IMG/VR virus record: IMGVR_UViG_3300011471_000001
Coordinates: 62,001-90,527 of that record
Length of the DNA: 28,527 bases
Strand: one strand, 5' to 3'
Origin: an uncultured virus (IMG/VR IMGVR_UViG_3300011471_000001)
Lineage: Duplodnaviria; Heunggongvirae; Uroviricota; Caudoviricetes
Below the pieces are notes generated by a model. It was given only the letters and a program-made list of their open reading frames with translations. It did not search any database and was not told where the DNA came from. Positions 1 through 9,738 of this stretch are shown here, in pieces. Every line of letters begins with the position of its first letter. Within the stretch, counting starts at the first letter, position 1. Made by a program: the position numbers and the translations under genes.

Positions 1-765
1 GCGAAATGGGATAAACAGTTGAGTGGTATTCATCTGCTTATCCTCCTTTTCGCAAGCGACGGGCGGGAGCAGAAGCCGGACTTCACCTTGTGTGATTTGC
101 ATCAGCAAGCCGTGGCGCAGGTTGCGCTGCATCAGCTGGATATGAGCCACCAGCGGCGCGAACTCGAGATCGGGAACCATGCCTTCCAGAATGTCGAAGC
201 GGCGATTTGCGGCCTCTTCAAAATCAGCTGGATCGTCATCCAGCTCGGTGCAAAGTGCGAACTCTGCAATACGCATGCGCATAATGGCGGTTTCATAATC
301 CGGCGCGTCAGCATCCGGCAGACCGGCACGCATGCGCTCCAGCATTTCCTGCCCGCGCCCGGTCAAAGGCTTGAGCGTCCAATCAGTTGGTACGCCGTTT
401 ACAGGGACATTCACGCGCTCAACGGGCTCGATGGTTAGCAGCTCAACGGTCTCCGCCAGTTTACTCAAATCAAAGTCATAGGTGTGCAGTTCCTGACAGT
501 GCTCACAGCTGTAGTGAAACGCCTCCAGGTTGTCAGCGCGGCTGTTAATCATGATCCACCACAGCGCTGTGCGTCGCTCCTGTGCGGTCCAGTCGCGGCT
601 GTCATTCATCGGACCTTCCTGCAGGGCATTCAGGTATTCCGTAACGCGCCGTTCGTCACCTAACATGTCGGGAGAGCAATATTTCAGGGCGTCTTTGATC
701 ACCGGCTGTCGAAAGATGATTTCAGTGGCAGGGCGCGACGCCAGCGGCAGTGGAGGGATGATCAC
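1..765 (-). CDS. pmgB: P1 PmgB-like morphogenesis protein (3' end runs off the window)
   Basis: Not in the ORF track. Read by hand from GTG at 765 (RBS AAGGA): MIIPPLPLASRPATEIIFRQP...WTAQERRTALWWI...CEHC..., ending ...TQLFIPFR at the window edge. Matches P1 PmgB motifs as recalled and follows tub. Confidence 0.85.
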   Translation of the reverse strand, partial: MIIPPLPLASRPATEIIFRQPVIKDALKYCSPDMLGDERRVTEYLNALQEGPMNDSRDWTAQERRTALWWIMINSRADNLEAFHYSCEHCQELHTYDFDLSKLAETVELLTIEPVERVNVPVNGVPTDWTLKPLTGRGQEMLERMRAGLPDADAPDYETAIMRMRIAEFALCTELDDDPADFEEAANRRFDILEGMVPDLEFAPLVAHIQLMQRNLRHGLLMQITQGEVRLLLPPVACEKEDKQMNTTQLFIPFR

Positions 766-776
766 AGTGTTGTCCT

Positions 777-1499
777 TCAGAATTTAATGAGGTTTGATGC
801 GGATGATTGAACCTGGTTTGTAATTCCCCCTGTTACTCCTTTCAGCAGTCCGTTTGCGAGACTTCCGGCGCTGGTGTACTTCACAAATGTCACCGGAATG
901 GTCGCAAACTCGCCCACGGCATCGCGGGCGCGAGAGATCTCGCCGATCGTGGTGATAAAGCCTTTCATTTCCTCTTCAAGTGAGGTGCGGCCGTCCTGTG
1001 AGACACGGTAGATCCGGATGTTGAGCAGGTAGGCTGGCGGCAGATTAAAGGTGCCGTCTCCGTTATGGATCCGCGCACGGCGCTCCTTAAACTTCTGCAG
1101 AATTTCGCCATCCTCGTTATCACGAACGGTCATCGAGACAGAGCCCGCCGTGATGTGAGTGGGCTTCACGGACTCGTTACCGCCGATCAGTTTGCTTTCG
1201 GTCTCAACGTTGCCCGTGCTGTAGGTGATATCTTTCACGTACATGTCCACGCGGGAGAAGCCGTCTATCTCGATGTTCCACTGCCAGCCCTGCGCGTACC
1301 GGATGCGCATAGCCAATTCGAGGATGGTTTTCGCGTTGGCCAGCTCAGGCGGCAGACCAGCATACGATGCGCCGGCGCCGCCGCTCATGGTGGCGGAGGC
1401 ACGGGACAGGATGTTAGAGATCAGGTTGCTTCCAGCCTGTTTTGCAGTGCTGGCAGCAAAGCCTTTGATGTTCCCGGCCAGACCGTTAAAAAAGCTCAT
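777..1499 (-). CDS. tub: P1 Tub-like tail tube/baseplate protein
   Basis: AQGWQWNIEIDG..KDITY..VRD..DGTFNLPPAYLLNIRIYR resembles P1 Tub; synteny. Confidence 0.85.
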   Translation of the reverse strand: MSFFNGLAGNIKGFAASTAKQAGSNLISNILSRASATMSGGAGASYAGLPPELANAKTILELAMRIRYAQGWQWNIEIDGFSRVDMYVKDITYSTGNVETESKLIGGNESVKPTHITAGSVSMTVRDNEDGEILQKFKERRARIHNGDGTFNLPPAYLLNIRIYRVSQDGRTSLEEEMKGFITTIGEISRARDAVGEFATIPVTFVKYTSAGSLANGLLKGVTGGITNQVQSSASNLIKF

Positions 1500-1508
1500 A
1501 GCGCCCCC

Positions 1509-2060
1509 TTACCAGGTGCTCATTGCGGGGATAATTGCCCGGCTGGCGGAGATCTGCATTTCCAGATCGGTTTTACGCTGGTGGAGCGTTGCCTCATCCG
1601 GCAGAAACGATGCGTCGAACTTACCGGCGATGTGCAGGCGGCGCAGACGCTCAACATTTGGAATGGCGATCAGCACTTCCAGGTAGTCTTCGAGCAGCCC
1701 GGTAATGTCTGCCGGTAGCTGTGTCTCTTCGTAATCGCAGTCACGGATATTGCGGAAGTAGAGCAGGGTAAACGGCCATTTCTCGCGGCCAGTCAGCTCA
1801 AGCTCAATGGTTGAATCGTAGGGATCGGCATACACCAGCGCGCCATTGAAATCGTTCACGTTTACCAGTGACAGGTAATCAGACGGAAAAGGGAGGCTTG
1901 CGCCCCCCAGTTTCTCAATGCGTTTACGGCCTGGTACACCGGCCCGATCCTGATAGACGCCGAGAGCCTGGCGGAGAAGGCTGGTTAATAACGCCTCTTC
2001 ATCCACCAGCAGCGTCGTGAAGCGCGCTTTCACGGCTTCAAGCAGTTCGACCGGCGTCAT
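1509..2060 (-). CDS. pmgC: P1 PmgC-like virion (neck/adaptor) protein
   Basis: MTPVELLEAVKARF..ALGVYQDRAG..DYLEVLIAIPN.ERLRR..IAGK resembles P1 PmgC. Confidence 0.8.
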   Translation of the reverse strand: MTPVELLEAVKARFTTLLVDEEALLTSLLRQALGVYQDRAGVPGRKRIEKLGGASLPFPSDYLSLVNVNDFNGALVYADPYDSTIELELTGREKWPFTLLYFRNIRDCDYEETQLPADITGLLEDYLEVLIAIPNVERLRRLHIAGKFDASFLPDEATLHQRKTDLEMQISASRAIIPAMSTW

Positions 2061-2062
2061 GA

Positions 2063-2554
2063 TTATTCAGCCCAGTTGTAAACAACGCGCAGCGGCAGCT
2101 TCACGGCAGCAGTGGTGTCTTCAGAGCCAAAATCAACGGCATCTGAGTACACCTTGCAGTGCAGGTAGCTGCGTGTCAGGCCAGCGCTGTCGCCGCCGTT
2201 CGACTCTGCTGCTGCAGCAAAGGTGATATCAACGTATTCTTTGTTGAGCACCATCTGGCGCACCGCTGCAAACACCTCACCTTTGATGGTTTCAACGCAG
2301 GTCATCTGGAACTCACCAGAGTTTTTCAGGGTGCCATGCTGGTTATACTTCATGCCACCTGGTGCCACGTCTTCCACATCCTCACGGGCCATTTCCGGCA
2401 GCTGCGTGGTACGGATCAGGATCGACAGGTTCGGGTAGCCTTTAACGGTCATCCAGTACTCAGAGCCGATAAGTTTTTCGCCCGCGGCAAGGTTCTGGTT
2501 AAAGCGCTTTTTCAGAAAGGCGGTATCGGCTTTCGTGTTGGAAAATCCGGACAT
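2063..2554 (-). CDS. bplB: P1 BplB-like tail tube protein
   Basis: RTTQLPEMAREDVED..NQHG..NSGE..CVETI.G..YSDAVDF..VYNW resembles P1 BplB. Confidence 0.85.
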   Translation of the reverse strand: MSGFSNTKADTAFLKKRFNQNLAAGEKLIGSEYWMTVKGYPNLSILIRTTQLPEMAREDVEDVAPGGMKYNQHGTLKNSGEFQMTCVETIKGEVFAAVRQMVLNKEYVDITFAAAAESNGGDSAGLTRSYLHCKVYSDAVDFGSEDTTAAVKLPLRVVYNWAE

Positions 2555-2564
2555 AATTTGTTCC

Positions 2565-3155
2565 TCAGATAAACATATATGGAATATCAGACTGGTTCTG
2601 GACGCTCAGGCCGGAGCACTGGAGCGTGACGGTGTTATGGGTGTAATGCCCTTCGGCAGTGCGGGGTGCGTCCAGCTGATAGCCGACGCTTCGGATCACC
2701 ACGTCCATCAGCTTCAGGCGACGGCCAACATCCATGATCACGGGGAGAGGACGGCGGCCACCCGGCAGCGCAGCGTTCAGTTCAGGGGAGGCCATCTGCT
2801 GCAGCGTCATGATTGCGTCCATCACTTCCACCTTCGCGTTCATCGTGGCCATCAGGTCTACAACGATGCTGAACTCAGGCGGCTGCTGGCCTTCCCAGAT
2901 AAGCAGGGAGTTGAAATCCGACTTTGATGTACTGCCGCTTACCGCCTGCACACCGCCCGCCAGCTTGCCGCCAGCAGCACTCACCGCACCGGCGACGCCG
3001 CCCAGCGAGTCATTGGCGAACGGGGATTCCCACATGGATTCAATGCTGGCTGTAGAGCCTTCCCCGATGTAGCCCACAACCATCGCCGTTTCTGACGTGA
3101 TATAGACTTTCAGGAAGGGGCTGACCCCATCTGGCATGATTGCACCGCAGATCAT
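2565..3155 (-). CDS. pmgG: P1 PmgG-like tail/baseplate protein
   Basis: DGVSPFLKV..WESPF..WEG..SPEL..GRR..LDAPR resembles P1 PmgG; lies between gene 21 and bplB. Confidence 0.82.
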   Translation of the reverse strand: MICGAIMPDGVSPFLKVYITSETAMVVGYIGEGSTASIESMWESPFANDSLGGVAGAVSAAGGKLAGGVQAVSGSTSKSDFNSLLIWEGQQPPEFSIVVDLMATMNAKVEVMDAIMTLQQMASPELNAALPGGRRPLPVIMDVGRRLKLMDVVIRSVGYQLDAPRTAEGHYTHNTVTLQCSGLSVQNQSDIPYMFI

Positions 3156-3198
3156 CGCGCTATCCTCAATGCCGCCGGTCTTACCCGGCGGCTATCCC

Positions 3199-3909
3199 TT
3201 ACAGGCCGCGCTTCTTACGCAGTTTCATTGACTTTTTACGGTGCGCATTTGCCATCGAGCTGTGCGCCTTCGTGCGGGCTTTTTTCAGCGCCTGCTTCTG
3301 GAGCGACGTCATGCGGCGCTTCTTCGGACGCTTGCGGATCAGCGTCACCTGACCGTCACGCACAGCTTTGAAGGTGGCCGACTCAAGCATCGCTTCACCG
3401 CCTTCACCGCCAGCCACGGTGTAATCTGCGATCGCTTCATCGTCGTCAGCCAGGCCGGAAAGCGCCTCGAAAACGCTCTCTGCGGCGCTGTCATCGTCAT
3501 CGTCGATCATGCTGGTGACGTCATCCTGGTCCGCGCCCAGGGCTACAGCGGCGTTTGCCAGCTGGCCCAGCGCGTCGTTGAATGCGTCTACCTGCTCGTC
3601 ATCCAGATCGTCGTCGTCAGACAGAGAATCCAGACCGGCCAGCACCAGCGCCAGCGCTTCAAAGCTGTCAGAATCGGCTTCGCCATCGGCAACCCAGCCC
3701 GCCAGCAGGGAAGCGGCTACGGAGCGGGCGTCTTCGCCAGCGCGACGCTCCACAGCCTCAAACATCGCCACATTGCGCGCAGATGCGGCGTTACCTAAGC
3801 CCGCGCTTTCCAGCATGGAATCTTTGATGGCTGGCTCTCCAGCTGCAGCAGGTTTCTCGAATGCAGCACCCAGCAGGCCATGCGTTCTGTGATTAAAAAT
3901 GTTGTTCAT
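3199..3909 (-). CDS. P1 gp21-like virion morphogenesis protein (acidic core, basic C-terminal tail)
   Basis: Start moved to ATG 3909 (RBS AGAGGA, just after the sheath stop); lies between gene 22 and pmgG as in P1. Confidence 0.75.
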   Translation of the reverse strand: MNNIFNHRTHGLLGAAFEKPAAAGEPAIKDSMLESAGLGNAASARNVAMFEAVERRAGEDARSVAASLLAGWVADGEADSDSFEALALVLAGLDSLSDDDDLDDEQVDAFNDALGQLANAAVALGADQDDVTSMIDDDDDSAAESVFEALSGLADDDEAIADYTVAGGEGGEAMLESATFKAVRDGQVTLIRKRPKKRRMTSLQKQALKKARTKAHSSMANAHRKKSMKLRKKRGL

Positions 3910-3920
3910 AATTTCCTCTA

Positions 3921-5498
3921 TTAACGGAACAGCGTTGGCTTGCCGACGATGCGGCGTGAAGATCCGGTAGGGCAGACAGACCAGGAGGCTTCCCACAGGT
4001 CGATATCCTTTTGCACCACGGAGACAACAAACGGCTCAGTGCCTTGCGTGACATCACGCGGTTTAACCAGTGCCTCAGCAGCTACGAAGCGCTCCAGCAG
4101 ATCGGTTAAGCCATCAGTCAGGCCTTTGAAGGTGATACCGTCCGGCTCATGCTTCAGCGCTTCTGCCACGTCATAAAAACCGCGTGCGATCGCGTTCATC
4201 AGCGAACTGATGTGCTGCAGGCGCAGGTAGTTGTTTTTGGCGAACGTAGTCAGGGAGTCGTCGATATACATGTTCCCGGCTTTATCGAGGCTTACCGGGT
4301 TAATGCGCGCAGTAACAAAGGCTTCACGGTCGATCTCGTCCAGATTCGGGATAGGCTTAATGTTCTGACGGTTGATGATTGCGCGTGACACGCCAGCAGG
4401 TGAGTAATGCCAGCCACCGACGTCGGAGACCAGCGCCACGCCTTTGGCTTTCGCCACAAACGCATCACAGGAGATTCCCCAGTTAACGTTGGTACCGGTG
4501 AATGCGTCGCGTGCGGTGTACGGCCAGTAGTAGCGTGCTGGCTGATGTGAACCGCCGAGCCCGTGGCCCTGCGCCTCCGCCATCGCCGCTGCAGACAGCT
4601 GCGCACCATGCACGTCGTAGAACATGTCGGTACGGGTGTCTTCCGCCAGCTTGACCAGCGCCGCGATCACGGTCGGGTCATAGCAGCCCAGCGACAGTAC
4701 AGCCGTCCAGGAGAACATGGATTTACGCAGAACCGTGAGGGCTTTGGTGTAGTCAGCCGTGGCAATAGCAAACAGATCGCCATCAATGCCGCCGCTAAAC
4801 TGCATATCGTCGAAGCCTTCAGTGATAGGCTGCATCAGCTTTTCAACGTCGTCCGATACGATAGCGCGAAGGCGGGTAGAGCCATTTTCCAAAGCGGTCG
4901 GCAGGAAGGCAGGCGAACCCATGTCGCTGGTGGCATTGGTGTTGAAAGAAATCTGGTGGGATTCCAGCACTGACTCACCGCCAGCCGCGTCAACTTCCTT
5001 CAGCGTCAGGATGTAGAAACCCGGAGCCGTTTTGTCGGCTTCCATGCTCAGCGTGCGATTTGCTGAGGCGTCGCCATCCTCGATGTAAATCATCGCTGCA
5101 GCGCCAGCCGCCAGAACCGGATCGGAAGACGGCGCAAAATTGCTGGCCACCAAGCTCAGCTCCTGCATGGTGGTATCAGCCATCAGGGACAGGGCAGGGA
5201 TCTTCATACCGGGCGCCGCCACACGGACCACATAACCATCACCGCCGTTAACGGCAGTCGCTACGTGGCGCAGCGGCTCAAATGCCGCACCGCTGCGCGG
5301 GTGAATGGCTTCGCCCAGCACCGCTTGATAGTTATCAGCCGTGACGCGCAGAACAGCGCCGATTTTGCCGCGGCGGGCAATAACCAGACCGGCAAAGACG
5401 GACGCGCCGCCAGATGCAACCGAAGTAGTCGCATCAGCGTTGACTTCCTGCACCGCAATGCCGGACGCCTGGCCCACAGAAAAACTAATCTTATTCAT
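3921..5498 (-). CDS. Tail sheath protein (P1 gp22-like)
   Basis: 525 aa with sheath-like C-terminus (WHYSPAG..R..INPV..IDDSLT); adjacent to the capsid gene. Confidence 0.9.
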   Translation of the reverse strand: MNKISFSVGQASGIAVQEVNADATTSVASGGASVFAGLVIARRGKIGAVLRVTADNYQAVLGEAIHPRSGAAFEPLRHVATAVNGGDGYVVRVAAPGMKIPALSLMADTTMQELSLVASNFAPSSDPVLAAGAAAMIYIEDGDASANRTLSMEADKTAPGFYILTLKEVDAAGGESVLESHQISFNTNATSDMGSPAFLPTALENGSTRLRAIVSDDVEKLMQPITEGFDDMQFSGGIDGDLFAIATADYTKALTVLRKSMFSWTAVLSLGCYDPTVIAALVKLAEDTRTDMFYDVHGAQLSAAAMAEAQGHGLGGSHQPARYYWPYTARDAFTGTNVNWGISCDAFVAKAKGVALVSDVGGWHYSPAGVSRAIINRQNIKPIPNLDEIDREAFVTARINPVSLDKAGNMYIDDSLTTFAKNNYLRLQHISSLMNAIARGFYDVAEALKHEPDGITFKGLTDGLTDLLERFVAAEALVKPRDVTQGTEPFVVSVVQKDIDLWEASWSVCPTGSSRRIVGKPTLFR

Positions 5499-5513
5499 GT
5501 GAAATGTCCATGA

Positions 5514-5536
5514 AATGCCCCCTTAACGGGGGCGTT
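5514..5536 (-). terminator. Hairpin (terminator/attenuator or stabiliser) after the capsid gene
   Basis: Minus strand AACGCCCCC-GTTAA-GGGGGCATT followed by only a short T run. Confidence 0.5.
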
Positions 5537-5544
5537 AAGGGGGA

Positions 5545-7284
5545 TTAGCTGCCGGTGCCGGTGGCAGCTGCTTCAGGAGCGGTTTCGCCTTCGATCTGCT
5601 TACCGGTCAGCATGTTGTAAGCGCCGACTTTGGTGTTGGTCAGGGTCAGCTTGGCGAAGTAGTTTTCACCATTGCGCGGGTGCAGCTCGTTAAGTGAAGA
5701 GCCCCAAAGCGTGGTGCGGTTGACCAGCGACGGGTTGGTTTCGTGGACATACGGAATGGCCGGAACCGCGTCACCCGCGATCAGGCCAGCGTCACCGATA
5801 GAATCACCGCGGCCGTAGAAAAGAATGTCCTCTTTAGCCAGCGCCACGCCGTCTACCACGAACTGATCGCAGATAGCGGTAGGGACTTCGAAGATCTGAT
5901 AAATACCGAACAGGGTGCCGATACGCTGGATGTACGGTGACTGCACAAAGTTAGGATCAGCCTGGAAGACGTTAGCAGGCAGGCTCTTCAGGAAGTTCGC
6001 CGCCTCACCACCAGCGAAGCCGCCACGGATACCGGCCTTACGGGTACGGTTCACCATGTCAGTGCTCAGCTGGGTAATCGCGTGCTTCATCAGGCCTACC
6101 CACGATTCGTAGGTCTGGCCTTCTGGCAGTGCCACGTCAAATTCACGGTTATAGACGTTATGGAATGCCATCGTGCGCAGACGCATCATGTCCTGCTCAT
6201 GGCTCAGCCAGTTACGCATAGCGGTAAACTGGGTAGACGACAGATTGATGCCAAATTCACGGCTCAAATCAGATGCGGCCATAACGGTGTGTTCAGACGC
6301 GATCACGAACTGCGATGGCTTAACGGTGAACTCACGCATCGACTGGTTGATAACCGGGATCAGGCCTGGTGCCTTCTCGACGTTGATCTCAACCTGTGCT
6401 GCCAGCTCAGTACCCTTAGCCGGTGCATCGGTAAAGGTCACAGCAATGGTGCCTTTGTCGTAATCGACCTTACAGGTGGCCGCAAAAGCATTGCCTTTGA
6501 CGTCTTTATCAGAGAAATACAGGTTGCCGTCGCCGTCATCGACTTTGCCCGGACGACGGTTGATCAGCAGCTTGGCGCGGCCAGCGCGGATCGGCATATC
6601 AGCGCCTTCCACGGTCTTCATGGAGAAGGTGAAGGTTTTCTTGGTGCCGTCCGGCTGCATCGCAGCAGGGAACGGATACAGGCGCTTCATCTGCGAGTAC
6701 ACAGCAGCAGACTGCATGTGCATTTCGTCGCCCTGGTCAAAGCTGCCGAACTTTGTACCGGCGACGTTCAGGAGCTCGTAAATCTTCGCTTCATCGCGCT
6801 CACACGGGACAAAGGTACATGCGTCGCTGGTGGCCGCGCCCAGTACAGCAGGCAGGATGAGAGCGGCAAACTGCGCCTGCCGCATTACACCGTCAGAAGT
6901 GCGCATGTCAGCCGCGACAGATTCAAACATCGCCTTGCCGTTGCCTTCGTGCTTCTCAGCCGCTGATTCAATCATCAGGTTTTCCAGCGCACGGCTGGCG
7001 TTCGCCAGCTGATCAGCTGGTGGATAGTGACCGTGACGCTCTTTGTACTCGATCATGCTCGATGCCCAGGCCGTGCCGACAATGCGGCAGAACTCCGGGT
7101 TAACGCCTTCAAACATCGGATCCTGGCCTGCTGCAGCGCCAATGTTCCGTGACATTTCGACGCGATCGGTAATCATCGCGCCAGAAGCATTGCGCTGTGC
7201 ATCAACGGTAAAAGCCATGACACGCGAAGCACGGGTCATGATGTCCTGCTCACGCATACGTGCAGGGGTAATATCTTTGCTCAC
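5545..7284 (-). CDS. Major capsid protein precursor (P1 gp23-like)
   Basis: 579 aa, P1 gp23-like size and position at the head of the late operon; probable N-terminal propeptide. Confidence 0.88.
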   Translation of the reverse strand: MSKDITPARMREQDIMTRASRVMAFTVDAQRNASGAMITDRVEMSRNIGAAAGQDPMFEGVNPEFCRIVGTAWASSMIEYKERHGHYPPADQLANASRALENLMIESAAEKHEGNGKAMFESVAADMRTSDGVMRQAQFAALILPAVLGAATSDACTFVPCERDEAKIYELLNVAGTKFGSFDQGDEMHMQSAAVYSQMKRLYPFPAAMQPDGTKKTFTFSMKTVEGADMPIRAGRAKLLINRRPGKVDDGDGNLYFSDKDVKGNAFAATCKVDYDKGTIAVTFTDAPAKGTELAAQVEINVEKAPGLIPVINQSMREFTVKPSQFVIASEHTVMAASDLSREFGINLSSTQFTAMRNWLSHEQDMMRLRTMAFHNVYNREFDVALPEGQTYESWVGLMKHAITQLSTDMVNRTRKAGIRGGFAGGEAANFLKSLPANVFQADPNFVQSPYIQRIGTLFGIYQIFEVPTAICDQFVVDGVALAKEDILFYGRGDSIGDAGLIAGDAVPAIPYVHETNPSLVNRTTLWGSSLNELHPRNGENYFAKLTLTNTKVGAYNMLTGKQIEGETAPEAAATGTGS

Positions 7285-7335
7285 AATTCAGCCCTTTTTT
7301 CAGGGCGCGGCTGCGAGGGAATTTTTGACGAGGCA

Positions 7336-7359
7336 AATTTATGCGGTTTGTACTTTGCG
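7336..7359 (-). promoter_or_regulatory. Putative late promoter for the capsid/tail operon
   Basis: Minus strand CGCAAAGTACAAAC-CGCA-TAAATT; 17 bp identical to the site at 20007-20023. Confidence 0.75.
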
Positions 7360-7453
7360 GTGTGAGTAAGGCAAGAAAAGATTTCAAAATCTAAGGAAAA
7401 TATTTATTTTTTGATGTACCTTGCCGTCATGTAATTGACCACTGGTAATCCTC

Positions 7454-7852
7454 ATGTCTTATAAGCTCTATTTTCAATACGGTAACGGTACTAAATCACA
7501 CACCTTAGCAACCGGAAGCCAGCGCGATGCGCGTCACCATTTGGACTATCTGCTCAGCGAAAAAGAGCCTCGTTCGCTGGCTAAACAGATCATCATCATG
7601 TACGGCGTTGAAATCATCATGGAGGCATGCCCGACGTTAGAAGATGATGCTATCCGTAGCATGGCGCGCTGGCGCAGGGCAGGAAACACCCAGCAGATGC
7701 ATAACCCGGTAACAGCGTCCATTTACATGCCACTCGCGGCGCGTGAATTTCTAGTTAACCAGGGTGAAGGTTCCCTGGCGGCGGGCATGCGTAAAATTAT
7801 GCTGCAGATTGGCGGGCCGGAAGTGGCTGCGGGCTACATGGTAGAAAATTAG
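7454..7852 (+). CDS. Hypothetical protein, possible C-terminal ribbon-helix-helix-like DNA-binding region
   Basis: 132 aa ORF divergent from the capsid gene; C-terminal TASIYMP..REFL..GEGSLAAGMRKIM has a strand-helix-helix pattern (inference). Confidence 0.6.
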   Translation: MSYKLYFQYGNGTKSHTLATGSQRDARHHLDYLLSEKEPRSLAKQIIIMYGVEIIMEACPTLEDDAIRSMARWRRAGNTQQMHNPVTASIYMPLAAREFLVNQGEGSLAAGMRKIMLQIGGPEVAAGYMVEN

Positions 7853-8035
7853 GGCGAAGCCATCGCTGAGGCATAAAGAAAAAGCACCCCAAATGGGCGG
7901 CTTGTGATAAAAAGTATATGCAAGCCGTCCTCATTCCCTTAGAAGCTGACATCAACTATATGACTAAGGTTACGATTAAAATAGCTTGTAGCAGGTATCT
8001 CGCATACAAATATATTTTTTATTAAAGGATTAAAA

Positions 8036-8677
8036 ATGCCTCCAGTTACAACTATTGATTTAACTATTTTATCAAAAGAAGAATTAATTGAGATTTATGA
8101 AAATCATAATATTACACGCATAGCTCACTACTTATGGTGCCTCGAACACCCAGACATCCCTGTCAACTTTTCTTCAGAGTTCGTTAAATTATTAGATAGA
8201 ATAGAAAAACTTTTAGAAATGAATGGCGATGGCATTGAATCCCCGGACATCTTGCTGGATGCTTTGATAGATTCAATTTACACCGATTGTCGTGCATTAT
8301 TCTGCGAAAGTGAGGGGCGTCGTAAAAATTATACACTGCAGAACTGCCTTAACTTGATTGATGAAAAAAAAGCTGTAGAAGAAATAAATAAAATAATTGA
8401 TAGCCGTCAATTTGAAGACCCAATCATTTGCAGGTATTCTTTTAGGAAATGGGTTAAATTTGTCACCGACAGAGCCATAGCTCATAAAGACAATCTGGAA
8501 GAAGGCGAAAAAACCACTGCTAATTATAGGTATGAGTTTTTGAATAACCCAGTAAATGTTTTTGAATTTCAGCTTTATATATACCAAATACATAATATTT
8601 ATGAAAAAATAGTTGAAAAATTCGCTTTGGACTTATTAGAAAAACATAAAAAAGCCAAACAAAAGGAAAGCAATTAA
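8036..8677 (+). CDS. AT-rich accessory (moron) protein, possibly degenerate HEPN-like
   Basis: 213 aa, visibly AT-rich relative to flanks, RBS AAGGA; contains DRAIAHKD. Confidence 0.7.
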   Translation: MPPVTTIDLTILSKEELIEIYENHNITRIAHYLWCLEHPDIPVNFSSEFVKLLDRIEKLLEMNGDGIESPDILLDALIDSIYTDCRALFCESEGRRKNYTLQNCLNLIDEKKAVEEINKIIDSRQFEDPIICRYSFRKWVKFVTDRAIAHKDNLEEGEKTTANYRYEFLNNPVNVFEFQLYIYQIHNIYEKIVEKFALDLLEKHKKAKQKESN

Positions 8678-8697
8678 TTTACTTTGCAAGCATGGAA

Positions 8698-8728
8698 TAA
8701 GCGTTAACACATAATGAGTTAACGCTTA
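8698..8728. terminator. Inverted repeat between convergent genes
   Basis: TAAGCGTTAAC-N9-GTTAACGCTTA, perfect 11-bp arms. Confidence 0.5.
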
Positions 8729-8733
8729 CCTTA

Positions 8734-9036
8734 TTACTGTTTTTGGTTGTGCTCTGATATCAGGATGTTTCGCCGGTTGCATTCATCCACTAATGTCAGT
8801 ATTCGCGCCACATAAGCGGGTAACTGGTCAGTGAATCCGGGTATGTTTTCATCCACCTGGCACGGCTGGTAGGCCTGCGCTTTTTGAGGCGGCAGCTCCA
8901 CCAGCTTTGTCACCGTCACGACTTCGGGTGTTAATGGCACGGGCTTTGTCCCGGAGCATGCGAATAACGCTGGCAGGCAAAGCAGTATGATTAACACCAG
9001 CAAGCAATATCGCACGGTTGATCTCATCAATTTCAT
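8734..9036 (-). CDS. Outer-membrane lipoprotein, o-spanin (Rz1-like)
   Basis: Signal peptide with lipobox LFAC, Pro-rich mature part, overlaps the 3' end of the i-spanin in another frame. Confidence 0.78.
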   Translation of the reverse strand: MKLMRSTVRYCLLVLIILLCLPALFACSGTKPVPLTPEVVTVTKLVELPPQKAQAYQPCQVDENIPGFTDQLPAYVARILTLVDECNRRNILISEHNQKQ

Positions 9037-9373
9037 TCTGACTATCCTCTTTAATTTTCACTAATTCCTGCTCCAGCGCCGCCTGTTTCTGCGCGTATTC
9101 CTGCCGGTCTTTTTCCCGCTCAGCCAGGGTCCGCTGCAGCGTGGCCGTCTGCGCCTGTTGATCGGAAAGCGCGGTTTTCAGCGTGCTGTTATTGCCGGTG
9201 AGCCTTTTATTGTTGGTGGTTAGCGTATCGTTAGCTGATTCCAGCTCCGCAACGTGTGCCAGGTGGTTCGTAACGGTCACGTAGCCCTTATGGCCCAGCA
9301 GCAGCAGAGCCGCGCATAGCGCCACGGCGACAGCGCGTTTAAGCCAGCCGGTGAAGGTGATTTCACTGAACAT
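8849..9373 (-). CDS. Inner-membrane i-spanin (Rz-like)
   Basis: Start moved to ATG 9373 (RBS CAGGA); N-terminal TM segment (AVAVALCAALLLLG) followed by a long coiled coil. Confidence 0.78.
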   Translation of the reverse strand: MFSEITFTGWLKRAVAVALCAALLLLGHKGYVTVTNHLAHVAELESANDTLTTNNKRLTGNNSTLKTALSDQQAQTATLQRTLAEREKDRQEYAQKQAALEQELVKIKEDSQNEIDEINRAILLAGVNHTALPASVIRMLRDKARAINTRSRDGDKAGGAAASKSAGLPAVPGG

Positions 9374-9426
9374 GGTTATTCCTGTGTAAGCGCAGCCATG
9401 ACGGCTGCGTGCATGAAAAAGGGCAA

Positions 9427-9711
9427 TCAGTTCACCTGGAATCCGGCATCGCCTGTTGCGACTGTCGATCCGCATGAAACCTGATCGTCAACGCACACAA
9501 TGCCTTTGCCGTTAATGGTGAACCACGGACGGCCAGAGACCGCCTTGCCGTTGTGGGTGCTTTTCCCGTCCGTGTGATCCTTAAACAGTTTGCCGTCCAC
9601 CAGCACGGCCTTGCCGTTGATGGTTAGCCCCGCGTCAGCCTCAGCGGTCTGACGTGAAGGGAAGGCACCGTGTCCGGAACAAACGGAGTCCAGCGTACCG
9701 GCAGCAGGCAT
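9427..9711 (-). CDS. upfC: PAAR-type tail spike tip protein (P1 UpfC-like)
   Basis: 94 aa; CSGHG, repeated INGK, HTDG..TH, VSCGS, as in PAAR spike tips. Confidence 0.85.
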   Translation of the reverse strand: MPAAGTLDSVCSGHGAFPSRQTAEADAGLTINGKAVLVDGKLFKDHTDGKSTHNGKAVSGRPWFTINGKGIVCVDDQVSCGSTVATGDAGFQVN

Positions 9712-9738
9712 CAGCGGCCCCCGGCGCCAGAGCGCGTT

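Noticed and set aside
3171..3192. GCCGCCGG-TCTTAC-CCGGCGGC hairpin as a terminator
   Set aside because: No U tract on the coding strand; it may be an mRNA stability or processing element.
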